A DNA stretch of 64,000 bases, from positions 74,356 through 138,355 of the forward strand of contig CAVPNN010000006.1 of the NCBI GenBank assembly GCA_963706655.1, given 5' to 3'. Below are positions 33,301-43,164 of the stretch, one piece after another. The notes under the pieces are model-generated. The model ran no database searches, had not been told where the DNA came from, and was given only the letters and a program-made list of their open reading frames with translations. This DNA is from an uncultured beta proteobacterium (GTDB taxonomy: Bacteria > Pseudomonadota > Gammaproteobacteria > Burkholderiales > Burkholderiaceae_C). Position 1 is the first letter of the stretch. Every line of letters begins with the position of its first letter. Made by a program: the position numbers and the translations under genes.

Positions 33301-35003
33301 TCAGATGGTGGTGGCCAGGGCCGAGTTGACGATCGGCCGGCTCGCGGCGTAGGCCTGGAAAGCCGCCAGTGGCATCGACTTGGCGAACACGAAACCCTGC
33401 ACCGCGTCGCACTTCATGCGGGTCAGCAACTCGACCTGGCCGACCTCCTCGGCGCCTTCGGCGATCACCTCGAGCGACAGCGAGTGCGCCAGCCGGACGA
33501 TCGCCTTGACGATGTTCCGGCTGGTGTCGCTGGTGGCCAGCTCCCTTACGAACGATCGGTCGATCTTGAGCGTGTGCACCGGGAACTGAGCGAGGTAGGC
33601 GAACGACGAGTAGCCGGTGCCGAAGTCGTCGATGCTGACGCGCACGCCCATGCTCGACAGTTCGCCGAGCACGCGCGCGCTGACCTCGACGTCGCGCATC
33701 AACGCACCTTCCGGCACTTCGATCTCGAGCAGCGACGGGGGTACACCGGAGTCGTCGAGCGCGTCGCGCACACGCTGGACCAGGTACAGATCGGACAGCG
33801 AATCGACGGTCAGGTTGATGCTGATCGGCAACTCGTGTCCGGCGCGGCGCAGTTGCGCGCATTGGCGCAACGCGGTCCGCAGGACCCAGTGGTCGAGTGC
33901 GACCATCATCCCGATCTCCTCGGCCACACCGAGGAAGGCACCCGGCATCAGCAGGCCGCGCCGAGGGTGAGCCCACCGGATCAGGGCCTCGCCGCCGATC
34001 ACGGCCCCGGTGCTCAGTGAGACCTTGGGCTGGATCTCGAGGTTGAACTGGTTGCCTTCGATGGCCAGGCGCAGTTCGCCTTCCAGTTCATGGCGCAGCC
34101 TTGCGGCCAGTTCGAGTTCGGTGCGGTAGGCCGCGACCGAGTCACGCCCGTTGCGCTTGGCGTCGCGCAGTGCAAGACTGGCGCGTTGAAGCAGCAGTTC
34201 GTGTTCGCCGCCGTCGCGCGGCGAATCCACGGTGCCCGCGCAGGCGTTCAGCACGACCCGGGTGCCCGCGCGCACGATCGGCTTGCGCACAGCGCCTAGA
34301 AATGCCTGGGCGCGCATGGCCTTGTCACCCACGTCGTCATGGCAGACGACGGCGAACTCGTCGCCATTGAGGCGGAACACGGTTTCGCCGGCAGCGCTGG
34401 CGGACTGCAGCGCCGAGGCCAGCTCCAGCAGGACCATGTCCCCGAATGCGAACCCATGCGAGTCGTTGACCAGGCGGAAGCGTTCGATACCGATCACGAT
34501 GACCGAGAACGGCTGGCCGGTGCTGGTCAACCTGGCAACCTCCTGCTCCATCGCGAGCTTGTTGCCGAGCCCGGTCAATGGGTCCAGCAGCACTTTCTGC
34601 GCCAGTTGCTGCTGCTTGACGACGCTTTCGGAGGCATCGTTGGCCATCATCAACATGCCCGCTGCCGACGGGAAAGACCCGCACGAGCAGCCACCGCTTG
34701 AGCACGGTCGAGAATCCGATACGGGCCATCGGCGCGCGTCTTGCGGCAGGCACGATCGGACTCGAAGAAGATCGATCGGTCGAAGGCCGGGGAAGTCAAA
34801 CGGCGTGCGACCGATCACTTGGCTGCGAGGCAGCCCGACGTTGCGCAGATAGACGTCGTTGCAGAAGCGCACGACCCAGGCGCGTCGACAAACGCGATGG
34901 CCTCGCCGATGTCGTTCAGGACCGAAGTCAGGTCACTTTCACGGATGGCGTCGAGAACGGCATCGTCGGGCGGAAGATACATGACGGTCGATGCTTTTGG
35001 CAT
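33301..35003 (-). pseudogene. PAS-GGDEF-EAL signalling protein (c-di-GMP turnover), frame break near 34878 and possibly two more in the PAS domain
   Basis: GGDEF region LLDPLTGLGNKLAMEQE...RLNGDEFAVV; EAL region EALIRWAHPRRGLLMPGAFL...ISINLT...VSIDDFGTGYSSFAYL...LKIDRSF...EGAEE. The PAS start MYLPPDDAVLDAIRESDLTSVLNDIGEAIAFVDAP is in ORF 34815-35108 and joins WVVRFCNDVYLRNVGLPRSQVIGRTPFDF in another frame. Confidence 0.8.
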
Positions 35004-35093
35004 TCGTGCGTTAGAGTGCGGACCAAACGATGTCAATCCCTTGAACTCGCAGACCGATCCCAGCGGCTCGCGAACACCAAGCATAGCGACAAC

Positions 35094-35548
35094 ATGGTGG
35101 ACTTTCATGAGTTGACGGATCGTCTTGAGCGCATCTACACGCCTAGCTTGGCATTGCGACAGGTCGCGTTGGCTGACGCTGGCCGCTCTTTGCAGCCTCG
35201 CGAATCACGCAGTTCAACGAATATCTCCTGTGGGAGCAACCCGAAAGCGAGTGGTCGGTGCTGGACCGGGTCGACACGATCGTCGAGGCCGCCAGACGCG
35301 GCAAGCTGACTGCTGTATCGGCCGCCGAGCGCGAAACTGGAGCCTGGGTGTCGCTGTTCCGGTTCCAGCCCTACGCGCAGGCGCCGCGAACGGTCGAGAT
35401 GGGCGTCTGGACCCACCACGCTTTTTGGCGCGGGACCTACACCTTTGAACTCGGCAGCGCATGCATCGACGTCGTGTTTTCATTCACAGACGTCGACGAG
35501 CTGATCGCCGCCGCCTCGCCGGCCACGAGCGCTCGCTGCGCTTGTTGA
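35094..35548 (+). pseudogene. hypothetical protein, apparent frame break near 35180
   Basis: MVDFHELTDRLERIYTPSLALRQVALADAGR, then in another frame FAASRITQFNEYLLWEQPESEWSVLDRVDTIVEAARRGKL...YTFELGSACIDVVFSFTDVDELI. The local sequence is visibly lower in GC. I recognise no family. Confidence 0.3.
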
Positions 35549-35995
35549 CCCGCCTTGGCCTGAATCGTCAGGATCGGATCGTGCGCCGACCCTGCGAGAG
35601 TGGCCGGATGGCCGACTTCTACGAACACCGCATGACCCGCGAGACGTGGTCCGTCCTTGCAGGATCGACGACGCTTTCGGGGTTGTCGAAGTCCGGCCAG
35701 CCTTCGAGCGGCAGCTTCGGCACGATCAAGGTGGAACGCCCCGTCCGTGAAGGCCAGCAACGTGTGGAGCTGCCGCGAGCGCCACCGCCAGCAAGGACCA
35801 CTGTCGAGCCGTTGACCATCGAGGTCCGTTCGGGATCGAGACCGAGGTCACGACTGCGCCAGTCCGAACGTCCCGAGGGGACCGGACTGATCCAGGTCGA
35901 CAGCGCCGGCGATTGATGCCGGTGTCGACTGCGGGCGAACCTGAGGCCTGGGCGGCGCTGGCCGATGCGCCGGGCGGGCACCGGAACCCACCGCG

Positions 35996-36511
35996 ATGAG
36001 TCCGGTCGGTCCGTGCGAGGTCCCGAATCCGTCCCTGCTTCAAGTCGTCCGCGACGCCGGCGCCTACGCCGACTGCTATGTCACCGAAGTCGAGCGCGAG
36101 GTCGCCTTGCCGGCCTTCGTCGAAGCCTTCTACACGACGCGTCTGTTCAGGCTCGAGCGCGCCTTGCTCCGATGGTTCGCCGCGCGGCCGTCGTCGGACC
36201 TCGACGCCAGACGGCTGGCCGAAGGTGTCTCGGACTCGTTTGCCGCCTGGCACGTCGAGGGACGGACCACCGATCAACTGCTGCTGGCGGACTTCACCGG
36301 GCGCACGAAGTCCTGGCTGATGGTGGCGCCGGTCGCGGTGTCGGGCGCGCGCACCAGGCTCTACTTCGGATCGGCGGTTGTTCGATCGGCTGGCAAGGGG
36401 ACCGGCAGGTCCGGTTTGGGCAGGGCTTTCCATGCCTTGCTGGGATTGCACCGGATCTACTCCCGACTGTTGCTGGGGGCCGCACGGTCACGCTTCCAGC
36501 GGAGCCCTTGA
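35996..36511 (+). CDS. hypothetical protein (possibly DUF2867-like)
   Basis: 171-aa ORF with ...YADCYVTEVEREVALPAFVEAFYTTRLFRLERALL... The family guess is from memory only. Confidence 0.45.
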   Translation: MSPVGPCEVPNPSLLQVVRDAGAYADCYVTEVEREVALPAFVEAFYTTRLFRLERALLRWFAARPSSDLDARRLAEGVSDSFAAWHVEGRTTDQLLLADFTGRTKSWLMVAPVAVSGARTRLYFGSAVVRSAGKGTGRSGLGRAFHALLGLHRIYSRLLLGAARSRFQRSP

Positions 36512-36577
36512 GGCATCATGTGTCGGGGCCCGATGCCCTGGAGTCCATTCGTTGCTTCGACGTGCGGTGAGAAGGCG

Positions 36578-37030
36578 ATGTTCAAGCTCTTCGCAGTACT
36601 CGTTCTGGCGCTGCATGCAGCTGGCTGCGCCATGACGCCGACCCTGCCGGCCTCGATCGATGCCAGATCCGAAGTCATGGCGGCCGAACGTGCCTTTGCC
36701 AGGACCATGGCGGCGCGCGACCTGGAGGCCTTCACGGCCTTTGTCTCCGAAGAGGCGGTCTTCTTCTCTGCGGCAACCCCGCTTCGCGGCCGGGCCCAGG
36801 TTCGCGCGGGGTGGGCGGGCTACTTTTCGGGCCCGCAGGCCCCGTTCTCGTGGGAGCCGGACGAGGTCGAAGTCCTGCCCTCGGGCACCCTGGCGCTGAG
36901 TTCGGGTCCTGTGCGCAATCCCAGCGGCACGGTGGTGGCGCGCTTCACCTCCATCTGGCGGCTCGAGGCTCCAGGCACCTGGCGGGTTGTGTTCGACAAG
37001 GGCAGTCCCGTTCTTCAAGGGTCTCCCTAG
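36578..37030 (+). CDS. NTF2-like (SnoaL/DUF4440) lipoprotein
   Basis: Lipobox LALHAAGC. Body EVMAAERAFARTMAARDLEAFTAFVSEEAVFF...RFTSIWRLEAPGTWRVVFDKG is typical of the DUF4440 fold. Confidence 0.65.
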   Translation: MFKLFAVLVLALHAAGCAMTPTLPASIDARSEVMAAERAFARTMAARDLEAFTAFVSEEAVFFSAATPLRGRAQVRAGWAGYFSGPQAPFSWEPDEVEVLPSGTLALSSGPVRNPSGTVVARFTSIWRLEAPGTWRVVFDKGSPVLQGSP

Positions 37031-37591
37031 ATGGACACCGAGGTCGGACCATCGGGCGCCGTGGCTGCGACGATCAGGGTGCTCGTGCCCCGCGATGCGA
37101 CGCAATACCGTGCCCTCATGCTGCACGCCTACGAGCATGCGGCGGATGCCTTCACGTCGACGCCACAGGAGAGGGCCGCCGAGCCCGAGGAATGGTGGGC
37201 GATGCGCATCGCCCACCCTGGCGGGTTGAGCGTCGCCTTCGGGGCCGAGCGTGGCGGTGAACTCGTCGGCGCGGTCGCGATCGAGTTCTCGGCCAAGCCC
37301 AAGACCCGGCACAAGGGGCTGCTCATCGGGATGTACGTGCGTGACCCATGTCGAGGTCTGGGGCTGGGGCGGGCGCTGCTGGATGCTGCGGTGCAACGTG
37401 CGCAGATGCGCGACGGCATTCGCCTGCTGCAACTCACCGTGACCGAAGGCAACGAGTCTGCGATCGGGCTCTATCGATCGGCCGGGTTCGAGGTCTTCGG
37501 GACCGAGCCGATGGCCATCCTGACCCCGGGTGGCTACAAGTCCAAGCTGCACCTGTGGCGTCAGCTGACAAGTGCCGACACAGGCGGCTGA
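37031..37591 (+). CDS. GNAT family N-acetyltransferase
   Basis: Acetyl-CoA site MYVRDPCRGLGLGRALLDAAVQRA and LTVTEGNESAIGLYRSAGFEVFG. Confidence 0.8.
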   Translation: MDTEVGPSGAVAATIRVLVPRDATQYRALMLHAYEHAADAFTSTPQERAAEPEEWWAMRIAHPGGLSVAFGAERGGELVGAVAIEFSAKPKTRHKGLLIGMYVRDPCRGLGLGRALLDAAVQRAQMRDGIRLLQLTVTEGNESAIGLYRSAGFEVFGTEPMAILTPGGYKSKLHLWRQLTSADTGG

Positions 37592-37631
37592 TGGCGGGGT
37601 CTCCCGGCCTCGAACAAGGAGGGGGCTGAAG

Positions 37632-37919
37632 ATGGTCGATATGCTCGGTGTGTTCATCGGATGGCCGTTGCTGGCGCTGGTGCCGGCGGTGGTGTTCACG
37701 GTCCTGTATTCGCGCGTCAGGCGGACGCCCGTGCTGGTGGCGGCCTTGGCGTGGTTCGCCTATTGCGCTTATGAGCAGGCGATTCAACTGCGCATCCTGT
37801 GCTCCGGTGAGTGCAACATCCGGGTCGATCTGCTGCTGTTCTACCCCTTGCTGCTGCTGTTGTCGGGCTGGGCCGTCGTGGCCTACGTCCGGCGCGACCG
37901 GGGTTCTGGGCGGGAATGA
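37632..37919 (+). CDS. small integral membrane protein (3 predicted helices)
   Basis: 95-aa product MVDMLGVFIGWPLLALVPAVVFTVLY...LLLFYPLLLLLSGWAVVAYV. The stop overlaps the next start (ATGA 37916-37919). Confidence 0.5.
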   Translation: MVDMLGVFIGWPLLALVPAVVFTVLYSRVRRTPVLVAALAWFAYCAYEQAIQLRILCSGECNIRVDLLLFYPLLLLLSGWAVVAYVRRDRGSGRE

Positions 37920-38647
37920 CGGCGCTTCGCCCCACGCTGGCGTCACTCGCGCGCGATTCGCTCGCTGCGCAGGCCCTGACCTTCGGGCCGGTCGGAGATT
38001 CAAGCTATCCCGCCGCGACCGGGCGGCGCATGCTGGTCGCGTTTGCCGCGGTCGGCTTCGGCTGCTTCTACGGCCTGAGACAGGGTCTGGACGCCGCAGG
38101 TCTGCGCGGTCTGCCGCTGGCCAACCTGGTGTTCGTGCTGGCATTGCTGGCCGCGTTCATGGCCGTCCACCTGACCTTTGTGCGCGCCGCCTGGGCCGAC
38201 ATCGGTCTGCGTCCCTGGTCGCGCTGGTCTCGCCGTGAACGCCTGTATGCGATGCAGGTCATCCCGCTCGCGGTGGTCGTGTTCAGCCTCGTGTTCCGGG
38301 ATCATCTGATGGCCCTGCTGTCGCTGCACGGTGGCGCGGGTTTTCTCTTGTACTCGGTGGCAACGGGGATGCTGTGGGGGGGCGTGCAGGAGTTCGTCTA
38401 CCGGGGCTGGCTGCAGACCGAACTGGTGCGCCGCTTCGGGAGTAGCGTCGGCATCGGGGGCGCGAACCTGGTCTTCACCTTCGGGCCGCTGCACTTCGCC
38501 CAGTTGCTCGGACCCGACGGGTTGCGCTGGCAGTCGGTCGCGGCTGTCTTCGCCATCGGCCTGTTCTTCGGTCTGCTCTACCGCCGCAGCGGCAACCTGT
38601 GGATCGTGGCCTTGCTGCACGGTCTTTGGCCGCTGAACATGGCGTGA
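37916..38647 (+). CDS. CPBP family intramembrane glutamic endopeptidase (CAAX protease/Abi-like)
   Basis: Motif 1 GVQEFVYRGWL, later FGPLHF and ALLHGLWPLN; multiple TM helices. Confidence 0.8.
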   Translation: MTALRPTLASLARDSLAAQALTFGPVGDSSYPAATGRRMLVAFAAVGFGCFYGLRQGLDAAGLRGLPLANLVFVLALLAAFMAVHLTFVRAAWADIGLRPWSRWSRRERLYAMQVIPLAVVVFSLVFRDHLMALLSLHGGAGFLLYSVATGMLWGGVQEFVYRGWLQTELVRRFGSSVGIGGANLVFTFGPLHFAQLLGPDGLRWQSVAAVFAIGLFFGLLYRRSGNLWIVALLHGLWPLNMA

Positions 38648-38670
38648 CCCAGGCACCCGATCCGACCCGA

Positions 38671-39204
38671 ATGACCGTTCCGGCGTCACTCGACACGGCC
38701 CGCCTCACGCTGCGGCAGTTCCGGCACGAGGACTGGCCAGCCATGCACGCGCACTACTCGGACCCGGAGTGCACGGCCTTCACGTTCGGGCGGGTGCTGA
38801 CCGAAGGGGAGAGCTGGCGCGCGATGGCGAGCATGGTCGGTCATTGGGGCCTGCGCGGCTACGGCCCGTACGCGATCGTCGAGAAATCATCGCAGGCCGT
38901 GCTCGGCACCGCCGGGCTCTGGTATCCCAACGACTGGCCCGAGCCCGAGATCAAGTGGGCGCTGGTCCGCCGTCACTGGGGTCAGGGCTTTGCGTCGGAG
39001 GCCGTGCGCGCGGTACAGGCGATGGCCGCCGCGCACCTCGGCCCGGTGATGCCGATCAGTTTCATCAATGCGGCCAACCAGGCTTCGATCCGCCTGGCGT
39101 TGGCGGTGGGCGCAGTGTTCGAGACCGAGCGCTTGTTTCGAGGCGCGCCATGGCGGATCTACCGGCATCCCGTGCCGGCCGGGAGCGCGCGGTCCGTGCC
39201 CTGA
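38671..39204 (+). CDS. GNAT family N-acetyltransferase (RimJ/RimL-like)
   Basis: RLTLRQFRHEDWPAMHAHYSDPE...EIKWALVRRHWGQGFASEAVRAV pattern. Confidence 0.8.
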   Translation: MTVPASLDTARLTLRQFRHEDWPAMHAHYSDPECTAFTFGRVLTEGESWRAMASMVGHWGLRGYGPYAIVEKSSQAVLGTAGLWYPNDWPEPEIKWALVRRHWGQGFASEAVRAVQAMAAAHLGPVMPISFINAANQASIRLALAVGAVFETERLFRGAPWRIYRHPVPAGSARSVP

Positions 39205-39320
39205 TTCGTGCACGCACTGCCTGCGCCGCAGGAGCTTTCTACTTGGCAGGCAACAATGCGGGTCTGAAGCGCGAATGCGCCAACCAAGTTCGACCAACCT
39301 GTAGCATTGAGATCCAGTCC

Positions 39321-39734
39321 ATGAGAACCCCCCTGACCCTTCTGGCGGCCGCCGCCGTCCTGAGCCTCGCGGCCTGTGGCAAGCCCGACGCCCCCGCGCC
39401 CGCTGCCGCCCCGGCGCCTGCGCCGACCACGGAGGCAGCACCTGCAGCCGCACCAGCGGCCCCGGCCGCCGAGATGGCCAGCAATGAGGCTGGCAAGGCG
39501 GCCTACGGCAAGGCATGCGCCCTGTGCCATGCGACCGGCGTGGCCGGTGCGCCCAAGATCGGCGACAAGGCGGACTGGGACATCCGCGCCGCGCAGGGCG
39601 AAGCGCTGCTCTTCAAGCACGCGATCGAGGGCTTCACCGGCAGCAAGGGCGCCATGCCTGCGCGCGGTGGATCGAGCCTGAACGACGACGACGTGAAGGC
39701 CGCTGTGCGCTACATGGTCGAGGCCTCGCGCTGA
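39321..39734 (+). CDS. cytochrome c5-family lipoprotein
   Basis: Lipobox LSLAAC, Ala/Pro linker, heme site GKACALCHATGVAGAPKIGDKADW, distal MPARGG. Confidence 0.85.
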   Translation: MRTPLTLLAAAAVLSLAACGKPDAPAPAAAPAPAPTTEAAPAAAPAAPAAEMASNEAGKAAYGKACALCHATGVAGAPKIGDKADWDIRAAQGEALLFKHAIEGFTGSKGAMPARGGSSLNDDDVKAAVRYMVEASR

Positions 39735-39883
39735 ACAGCGCGTCGACGCAGCCGTGACGCGTCACGTGTTGCGCCGCGTCCGGATGGGAATCGGCGGCCA
39801 CCGATCGCGACGGTCGACGCCCCGCACCGACCCCGATAGAGTCGAAGCCTCGCGACGCCGTTCGTCGCGCAAGGAGGGGCTCC

Positions 39884-40255
39884 ATGATCCTGGACCACAT
39901 CGGCCTGAGCGTCAGCGACGTCGAGGCCAGCAAGCGCTTCTTCTCGGCGGCCTTGGCGCCGCTCGGGATCAGCGTCGTCAAGGAGGTGCGGGGCTGGGTC
40001 GGTCTTGGCCGCGAAGGTCGACCGCAATTCTGGTTCGGCCCCGGTGCTGCGGCCAACGGGCCCATGCACCTTGCCTTCAGCGCGGACGACCGGGCCCAGG
40101 TGCGTGCATTTCACGCAGCAGCCCTGAAGGCAGGCGGACGCGACAATGGCGCGCCGGGCCTGCGCGAGATCTACCACCCGGACTACTACGGCGCGTTTGT
40201 CATCGGCCCTGACGGACACAACGTCGAGGCGGTCTGCCACCAGGCCGAGCGCTGA
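39884..40255 (+). CDS. VOC (glyoxalase/bleomycin-resistance/dioxygenase) family protein
   Basis: MILDHIGLSVSDVEASKRFF...HLAFSADDRAQV...GAFVIGPDGHNVEAV. Confidence 0.85.
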   Translation: MILDHIGLSVSDVEASKRFFSAALAPLGISVVKEVRGWVGLGREGRPQFWFGPGAAANGPMHLAFSADDRAQVRAFHAAALKAGGRDNGAPGLREIYHPDYYGAFVIGPDGHNVEAVCHQAER

Positions 40256-40277
40256 CCCATCGACCAGGAGGTTCCCG

Positions 40278-41123
40278 TTGGAATTCGGATCCGTTCTCTA
40301 CGAAGCCAGCGACCGCGTGGCGACGATCACGCTCAACCGGCCGGAACGCTTCAACGCGATTCACCTCACGATGCCGGACGACATTGCCGCGGCGTTCGAG
40401 TATGCCGGTGACGACGACAGCGTCCATGTCGTCGTGCTCACAGGCGCCGGGCGTGGCTTCTGCGGCGGCTACGACCTGAAGGAGTTCGCCGAATCGGCGG
40501 GCCCGAACCCGGGCATCCAGGACATGCCCTGGGATCCGATGATCGATCACCGCTTCATGCAGCGCTGCACGCAGCGCTTCATGTCGATCTGGCGTTGCCC
40601 GAAGCCGGTGATCGCCAGACTGCACGGCGACGCCATTGCGGGCGGCAGCGACATCGCGCTGTGCAGCGACCTGATCGTGATGGACGAGCACGCGCGCATC
40701 GGGTATCCGCCGGCGCGTGTCTGGGGCTGCCCGACGACCGCGATGTGGGTCTACCGCCTGGGCGCCGAGAAGGCCAAGCACATGCTGTTCACCGGCGACC
40801 TGATCGATGGCAAGCGCGCCAAGGAGATCGGCCTCGTCTTCGACGCGGTGCCCGCCGCAGGACTGGACGACGCGGTGCGCAAGCTCACCGACCGCATCCG
40901 CGGCGTGCCCAAGAACCAGTTGGCGATGATGAAGCTGCTCGTCAACCAGGCCTATGAGCAGATGGGGCTGGCCGGCACGCAGACGATGGCGACCCTGTTC
41001 GACGGCATGGCACGCCACAGTCCGGAGGGTGTGTGGTTCAAGCAGCGTGCCGAGCAGGTGGGGTTCAAGCAGGCGGTCGCGGAACGCGACTCGGGCGACC
41101 CGATTCCCGGCAGCAAGCGTTGA
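40278..41123 (+). CDS. enoyl-CoA hydratase/isomerase (crotonase) family protein
   Basis: TTG 40278 is preceded by AGGAGG. ITLNRPERFNAI...VVVLTGAGRGFCGGYDL...ARLHGDAIAGGSDIALCSDLIV. Confidence 0.85.
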   Translation: MEFGSVLYEASDRVATITLNRPERFNAIHLTMPDDIAAAFEYAGDDDSVHVVVLTGAGRGFCGGYDLKEFAESAGPNPGIQDMPWDPMIDHRFMQRCTQRFMSIWRCPKPVIARLHGDAIAGGSDIALCSDLIVMDEHARIGYPPARVWGCPTTAMWVYRLGAEKAKHMLFTGDLIDGKRAKEIGLVFDAVPAAGLDDAVRKLTDRIRGVPKNQLAMMKLLVNQAYEQMGLAGTQTMATLFDGMARHSPEGVWFKQRAEQVGFKQAVAERDSGDPIPGSKR

Positions 41124-42349
41124 CCCGGGTTCTGGCGGTGCAAACGCTGCCCGACCCGGTCCTGCACTGGACCGAGCAAGGGCAGGACTTTCAGGCCCGC
41201 TGGCGATCGGAGCGCGGCGCAGCGCCACCGGCGCGCGTGTTCGTCGCGGACGACACCTTGCCCGCCGACCGCGCCTACCGGCTGGCCTGCGAAGGCACGG
41301 CGCTGTTGTGGCACGGCGACTTCCAGAACGCACGCCATCTGCTGCAGGCGCTGATCCGGCGCGTCGACCGGCCCGCCCGGCGCAAGCGCCGCCCGGCGGC
41401 GCAGGTGGAGTCGCCAGCGCAGCGCTTCCATCTGCATCGAATGGCCAGGGCGCAGCGCTCGCGCGTGCTGGCGTCCGTGCTGGTGCCGGTCGAGGCCGAC
41501 TACGGCGTGGCGCTGCGGCGGGCGCCGGACTGGCGGCAGGCCTGCATCTGGGCCTGGGGTGACGGCGCGCCCGACCAAGGTCGATCGGTGGTGTCGCTGC
41601 GCGAGTTGCTTGGCGTTGCGAGCGCGGCCGAGTGGCGTCGCACGGGGGTCGAAATCGCCGCACTGGGCGCGCCGCCCGGCAACCGGATCCATCCTCACTA
41701 CGGAGTCTTCTCGCCGGTGCGGGGCGAGTACCTGGACCTGGTGGCAAAGGCGCCGTTGCCGGCAGCGGCGTCCACGCTGACGGCCTTCGACATCGGTACC
41801 GGCACCGGCGTGCTGGCCGCCCTGCTGGCGCGGCGCGGGGTCGCCAAGGTCGTGGCAACCGACCTGGATCCGCGCGCACTCGCCTGCGCGCGCGACAACG
41901 TCGAGCGGCTCGGTGTGCAGGATCGTGTGTCGCTGCTGGACGTCGATCTCTTTCCCGAAGGCCGGGCCGATCTCGTGGTCTGCAACCCGCCCTGGTTGCC
42001 GGCGCGGCCGAGCGCACCGGTCGAAGCGGCGCTCTACGACGAGGACGGCCGCATGCTGCGCGGATTCGTGCAGGGCCTGGCCGACCACCTGGCGCCTGCT
42101 GGCGAGGGTTGGCTGATCCTGTCCGATCTGGCCGAGCACCTCGGCCTGCGAACGCGGGCCGAGTTGCTGGCGCTGTTCGAGGACGCCGGACTGCAGGTGC
42201 TGGACCGGCTCGATGTACGGCCGCGCCATCCGAAGGCGCTCGATCCGGACGATGCGCTGCACCAGGCGCGGGCGGCAGAGGTGACGTCGCTGTGGCGCCT
42301 GGCTGCGCGGCCAAGCGATGTCGGCGCAGGCCCTACACCGAGCGCGTGA
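41120..42349 (+). CDS. class I SAM-dependent methyltransferase with NPPW motif and a long N-terminal extension
   Basis: Motif I AFDIGTGTGVLAALLA, motif IV LVVCNPPWLP. The start is uncertain (TTG 41120 overlapping the upstream stop, or GTG 41138). Confidence 0.7.
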   Translation: MTRVLAVQTLPDPVLHWTEQGQDFQARWRSERGAAPPARVFVADDTLPADRAYRLACEGTALLWHGDFQNARHLLQALIRRVDRPARRKRRPAAQVESPAQRFHLHRMARAQRSRVLASVLVPVEADYGVALRRAPDWRQACIWAWGDGAPDQGRSVVSLRELLGVASAAEWRRTGVEIAALGAPPGNRIHPHYGVFSPVRGEYLDLVAKAPLPAAASTLTAFDIGTGTGVLAALLARRGVAKVVATDLDPRALACARDNVERLGVQDRVSLLDVDLFPEGRADLVVCNPPWLPARPSAPVEAALYDEDGRMLRGFVQGLADHLAPAGEGWLILSDLAEHLGLRTRAELLALFEDAGLQVLDRLDVRPRHPKALDPDDALHQARAAEVTSLWRLAARPSDVGAGPTPSA

Positions 42350-43037
42350 TGCCGCCGTCCACGCGCAGGTTCTGGCCCGTGATGTAGCCCGCACCTGGCG
42401 AGGCCAGGAAGGCGATCACGTCCGAGATCTCGCGCATGCGGCCATAGCGCCCCATGGGGATGCGGGTGCGGAACTCGGCCTTCTCGGGCAGGCTGTCGAT
42501 GAATCCGGGCAGCACGTTGTTCATGCGCACGTTGTCGGGCGCGTAGCGGTCTGCGAACAGCTTGGTGTAGGCGGCCAGGCCGGCCCGGAACACACCCGAG
42601 GTCGGGAACACCGGGTCGGGTTCGAAGGCCGCGAAGGTCGAGATGTTGACGATGCTGCCGGACTTCTGCGCCACCATCAGCGGCGCGACGATGCGCGTGG
42701 CGCGCACGACGTTGAGCAGGTAGACGTCGAGGCCGCGGTGCCAGTCGTCGTCGCTCAGTTCGAGCACCGGGGCACGTGGCCCATGGCCGGCACCGTTGAC
42801 CAGTGCGTCGATGCGGCCCCAGCGCGCCATGACGGCGTCGACCAGGGCTTGCAGGTCGGCGATCGACTGGTTGCTGCCGGTGGCGCCGATGCCGCCCAGC
42901 TCGTTCGCCAGCGCCTCGCCCTTGCCGGATGAGGACAGGATCGCGATCTGGAATCCGTCCTCGGCCAGCCGGCGTGCTGCGTCCGCCCCCATGCCACTGC
43001 CGCCACCGATGACGAGGGCTACCTTGTTCGTTGTCAT
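42333..43037 (-). CDS. SDR family oxidoreductase
   Basis: MTTNKVALVIGGGSGMGADAARRLA Rossmann start, NISTFAA, VRMNNVLPGFIDS, ITGQNLRVDGG. Confidence 0.85.
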   Translation of the reverse strand: MTTNKVALVIGGGSGMGADAARRLAEDGFQIAILSSSGKGEALANELGGIGATGSNQSIADLQALVDAVMARWGRIDALVNGAGHGPRAPVLELSDDDWHRGLDVYLLNVVRATRIVAPLMVAQKSGSIVNISTFAAFEPDPVFPTSGVFRAGLAAYTKLFADRYAPDNVRMNNVLPGFIDSLPEKAEFRTRIPMGRYGRMREISDVIAFLASPGAGYITGQNLRVDGGITRSV

Positions 43038-43164
43038 CGTGCGATCTTGGCACAGCCCCAGTGAGCCCACGCGGAACTGGGATGGTGTGCATGGGCGATC
43101 ATCGGCGAGTCAACGTGTCGGGCCGAATTCGGATCCGGTGCGACACCAAACGTGGAGAACAGCG

